10,309 nt of DNA from a virus (Duplodnaviria > Heunggongvirae > Uroviricota > Caudoviricetes): the IMG/VR virus record IMGVR_UViG_2859783438_000007, one strand, 5' to 3'. Of this stretch, positions 7,442 through 10,309 are shown piece by piece; positions within the stretch are counted from its first letter, which is position 1, and each line of letters starts with the position of its first letter. Position numbers and translations under genes: made by a program. Below the pieces are notes generated by a model, which ran no database searches, was not told the DNA's origin, and worked only from the letters and a program-made list of their open reading frames with translations.

Positions 7442-7925
7442 GAGTCACGTTCGCGCTGGACTGCTGTGACCGTGAGGCACTGCACTGGGCGGTCACTACG
7501 GGCGGCTTCAACAGTGAAACAGTACAGGACGTCATGCTGGGAGCGGTGGAACGCCGCTTCGGCAACGAGCTTCCGGCGTCTCCAGTAGAGTGGCTGACGG
7601 ATAATGGTTCATGCTACCGGGCTAATGAAACACGGCAGTTTGCCCGGATGTTGGGGCTTGAACCGAAGAGCACGGCGGTGCGGAGTCCGGAGAGTAACGG
7701 CATAGCAGAGAGCTTCGTGAAAACGATAAAGCGTGACTACATCAGTGTCATGCCCAAACCAGACGGGTTAACGGCAGCAAAGAACCTTGCAGAGGCGTTC
7801 GAGCATTATAACGAATGGCATCCGCATAGTGCACTGGGTTATCGCTCGCCACGGGAATATCTACGGCAGCAAGCCAGTAATGGGTTAAGTGATAACAGGT
7901 GTCTGGAAATATAGGGGCAAATCCA

Positions 7926-8025
7926 NNNNNNNNNNNNNNNNNNNNNNNNNNNNNNNNNNNNNNNNNNNNNNNNNNNNNNNNNNNNNNNNNNNNNNNNNNN
8001 NNNNNNNNNNNNNNNNNNNNNNNNN
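7926..8025. other. assembly gap (100 N) between the IS2 right end and the IS911 left end
   Basis: Run of exactly 100 N; no flanking duplicate. Both flanks are IS termini. Confidence 0.99.
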
Positions 8026-8097
8026 TGAAGTGGCACACTGAATTTGGCCACCTGAACAGAGGTGATATGCTCACCTCAGAACAACACAGGTGCTCCA

Positions 8098-9266
<1,169 letters not shown>

Positions 9267-9274
9267 CCACTTCA

Positions 9275-9706
9275 TTACTGCAGTCTCTTCCTCACTGCTA
9301 AGCTCCCGAATCACTTTGCCCCGGGGATTCTTCTTTACAAGTATCATTGGCATAATGAAAGCACTCCTTATGTACATGCTTAAACAGTAAGTAAAATATA
9401 CAAAGAACACCCCATGAAACAAAGGCAGAGATGAACTGTGCGCCCCGATATCTTCTTCTGATATCCTTTCAAATGAATTGTTTTTATTTATATCATGACA
9501 ACATTAAAGTGAGAGAATATATCAACCATGTTTCTGTCAGGGTTCAGTAGAATATCAATTCGACTGTCACGCCATAACTGTTACTACCTCGAGTATAAAT
9601 ACTCAGAGAACGGACTTATTAGCCATGAAAAATCACCTGATGGGAAATTTACTAATTTATGAATTGTGATATTATTAAAGAGTAAAACCAGCCAGCCGAG
9701 GTATTT
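9275..9706 (+). promoter_or_regulatory. AT-rich non-coding region upstream of the FinO/ProQ-like gene (putative promoter/leader; possible small RNA or small ORFs)
   Basis: About 430 bp with no substantial ORF on either strand and visibly AT-rich. GAGG at 9698-9701 is a Shine-Dalgarno 5 nt before the ATG at 9707. No promoter was mapped. Confidence 0.3.
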
Positions 9707-10309
9707 ATGGGAAAAAATCAGGAAGAAAGGAAAACTCCCGTCATTGTGGTGAAAAAACGTCGTACTTTTTCGCCACCGTCCTTATCCGAAAAAACAGATA
9801 TTATCGCACCTGTATTTACTGAACAGACGGCAGAATCAGCCCCCGCCGGAATAAATTCATCTGCCGTCGAAACACATATCCCCGAAGCGCCAGCCAGGAA
9901 GAAGAAAAAGAAAAGACACCGTTTTCCACGTCCCTCCCACTGGACCCGTGAGTATACTCACGAGTGCGTGGAAAAAATAAAGGCCCTGTTTCCTCATCTT
10001 CGTGCTGAAGGTGGTGGATTTATTCCCCTGAAAATTGGCATAAACAATGATATATCGGCATTTCTGGCAGAACACCCGGAGACAGAACTGACCATGGACG
10101 AATGGCTCTGTGCAGTGTCCTGCATCACATCCCGCCGCGTATATCTGCAGCGGACAGCTGTCGCCGGCGTCCCACGTTATGGCCTGGATGGTCACCCCAA
10201 AGGGCAGGTCTCAGACTCTGAAGCACAGAGTGCCGGTCGCAGACTGGCGACATTAGAACAAAAGTGGCTCAGGATGCAGGCACAGCAGGAGAATATTTCT
10301 GGGCAATAA
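9707..10309 (+). CDS. ProQ/FinO-family RNA-binding protein (FinO-like, 200 aa): basic disordered N-terminus plus ProQ/FinO domain
   Basis: …IKALFPHLRAEGGGFIPLKIGINNDISAFLAEHPETELTMDEWLCAVSCITSRRVYLQRTAVAGVPRYGLDGHPKGQVSDSEAQSAGRRL… aligns by eye with the E. coli ProQ N-terminal domain (…[22 protein letters not shown]…[34 protein letters not shown]). The N-terminus (MGKNQEERKTPVIVVKKRR…KKKKKRHRFPR) resembles the basic N-terminus of F-plasmid FinO. Good SD; TAA stop at the window end. Confidence 0.85.
   Translation: MGKNQEERKTPVIVVKKRRTFSPPSLSEKTDIIAPVFTEQTAESAPAGINSSAVETHIPEAPARKKKKKRHRFPRPSHWTREYTHECVEKIKALFPHLRAEGGGFIPLKIGINNDISAFLAEHPETELTMDEWLCAVSCITSRRVYLQRTAVAGVPRYGLDGHPKGQVSDSEAQSAGRRLATLEQKWLRMQAQQENISGQ

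Larger units (their letters stand above)
6824..7914 (+). pseudogene. insD: IS2 insD (orfB) transposase, 5'-truncated; reading frame broken only by the 227-bp gap-plus-duplicate
   Basis: ORFs 6848..7375 and 7366..7914 translate to IS2 InsD sequence (…[54 protein letters not shown]… and …[32 protein letters not shown]…[11 protein letters not shown]). Removing 100 N plus the 127-bp duplicate (227 bp, 2 mod 3) restores one continuous frame. Confidence 0.85.
6823..7925 (+). mobile_element. IS2, 5'-truncated (about the last 876 bp of the 1331-bp element), interrupted by an assembly gap and a 127-bp duplicate
   Basis: Sequence from AAGCTTAGTCAGCCGTTGTCTCCGGGTG onward matches the IS2 insD region and ends in the IS2 right terminus …TGGAAATATAGGGGCAAATCCA at 7925. 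insC and the first ~450 bp are absent. Confidence 0.9.

Noticed and set aside
8062-8097. Upstream start for IS911 orfA ([12 protein letters not shown]…)
   Set aside because: The IS911 OrfA I recognise begins [10 protein letters not shown] at ATG 8098. The upstream codons fall in the IS911 left-end untranslated region.

Overview
This window looks like enterobacterial (E. coli/Shigella-type) accessory DNA: an IS-bounded, decaying prophage packaging/head module followed by an IS cluster and a FinO/ProQ-family gene. All calls rest on reading the sequence and ORF track against remembered protein families; no searches were run. From the left: (1) an internally deleted IS1 (17-465) that keeps both terminal inverted repeats; (2) a minus-strand phage operon running from 6433 down to 481, with small terminase, PBSX-type large terminase, a portal gene whose ~489-codon frame is intact except for two in-frame TAG codons, a Mu F/SPP1 gp7-like head morphogenesis gene, a 406-aa protein with an acidic TGD-repeat linker, and a 168-aa structural protein, with no major capsid gene where one would be expected before the IS1; (3) a 127-bp inverted IS911 end fragment abutting a 5'-truncated IS2, then two 100-N assembly gaps, the first flanked by a perfect 127-bp direct repeat (a contig-overlap artefact); (4) a complete IS911 (8026-9274) with orfA/orfB and the A-AAA-AAG frameshift heptamer; (5) an AT-rich ~430-bp region and a 200-aa ProQ/FinO-domain protein gene (9707-10309). 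I did not find a clear-cut novel defence or toxin system; the most unusual items are the amber-interrupted portal, the orphan FinO-like gene with its long AT-rich leader, and the TGD-repeat linker. Several adjacencies in the IS cluster may be assembly artefacts.
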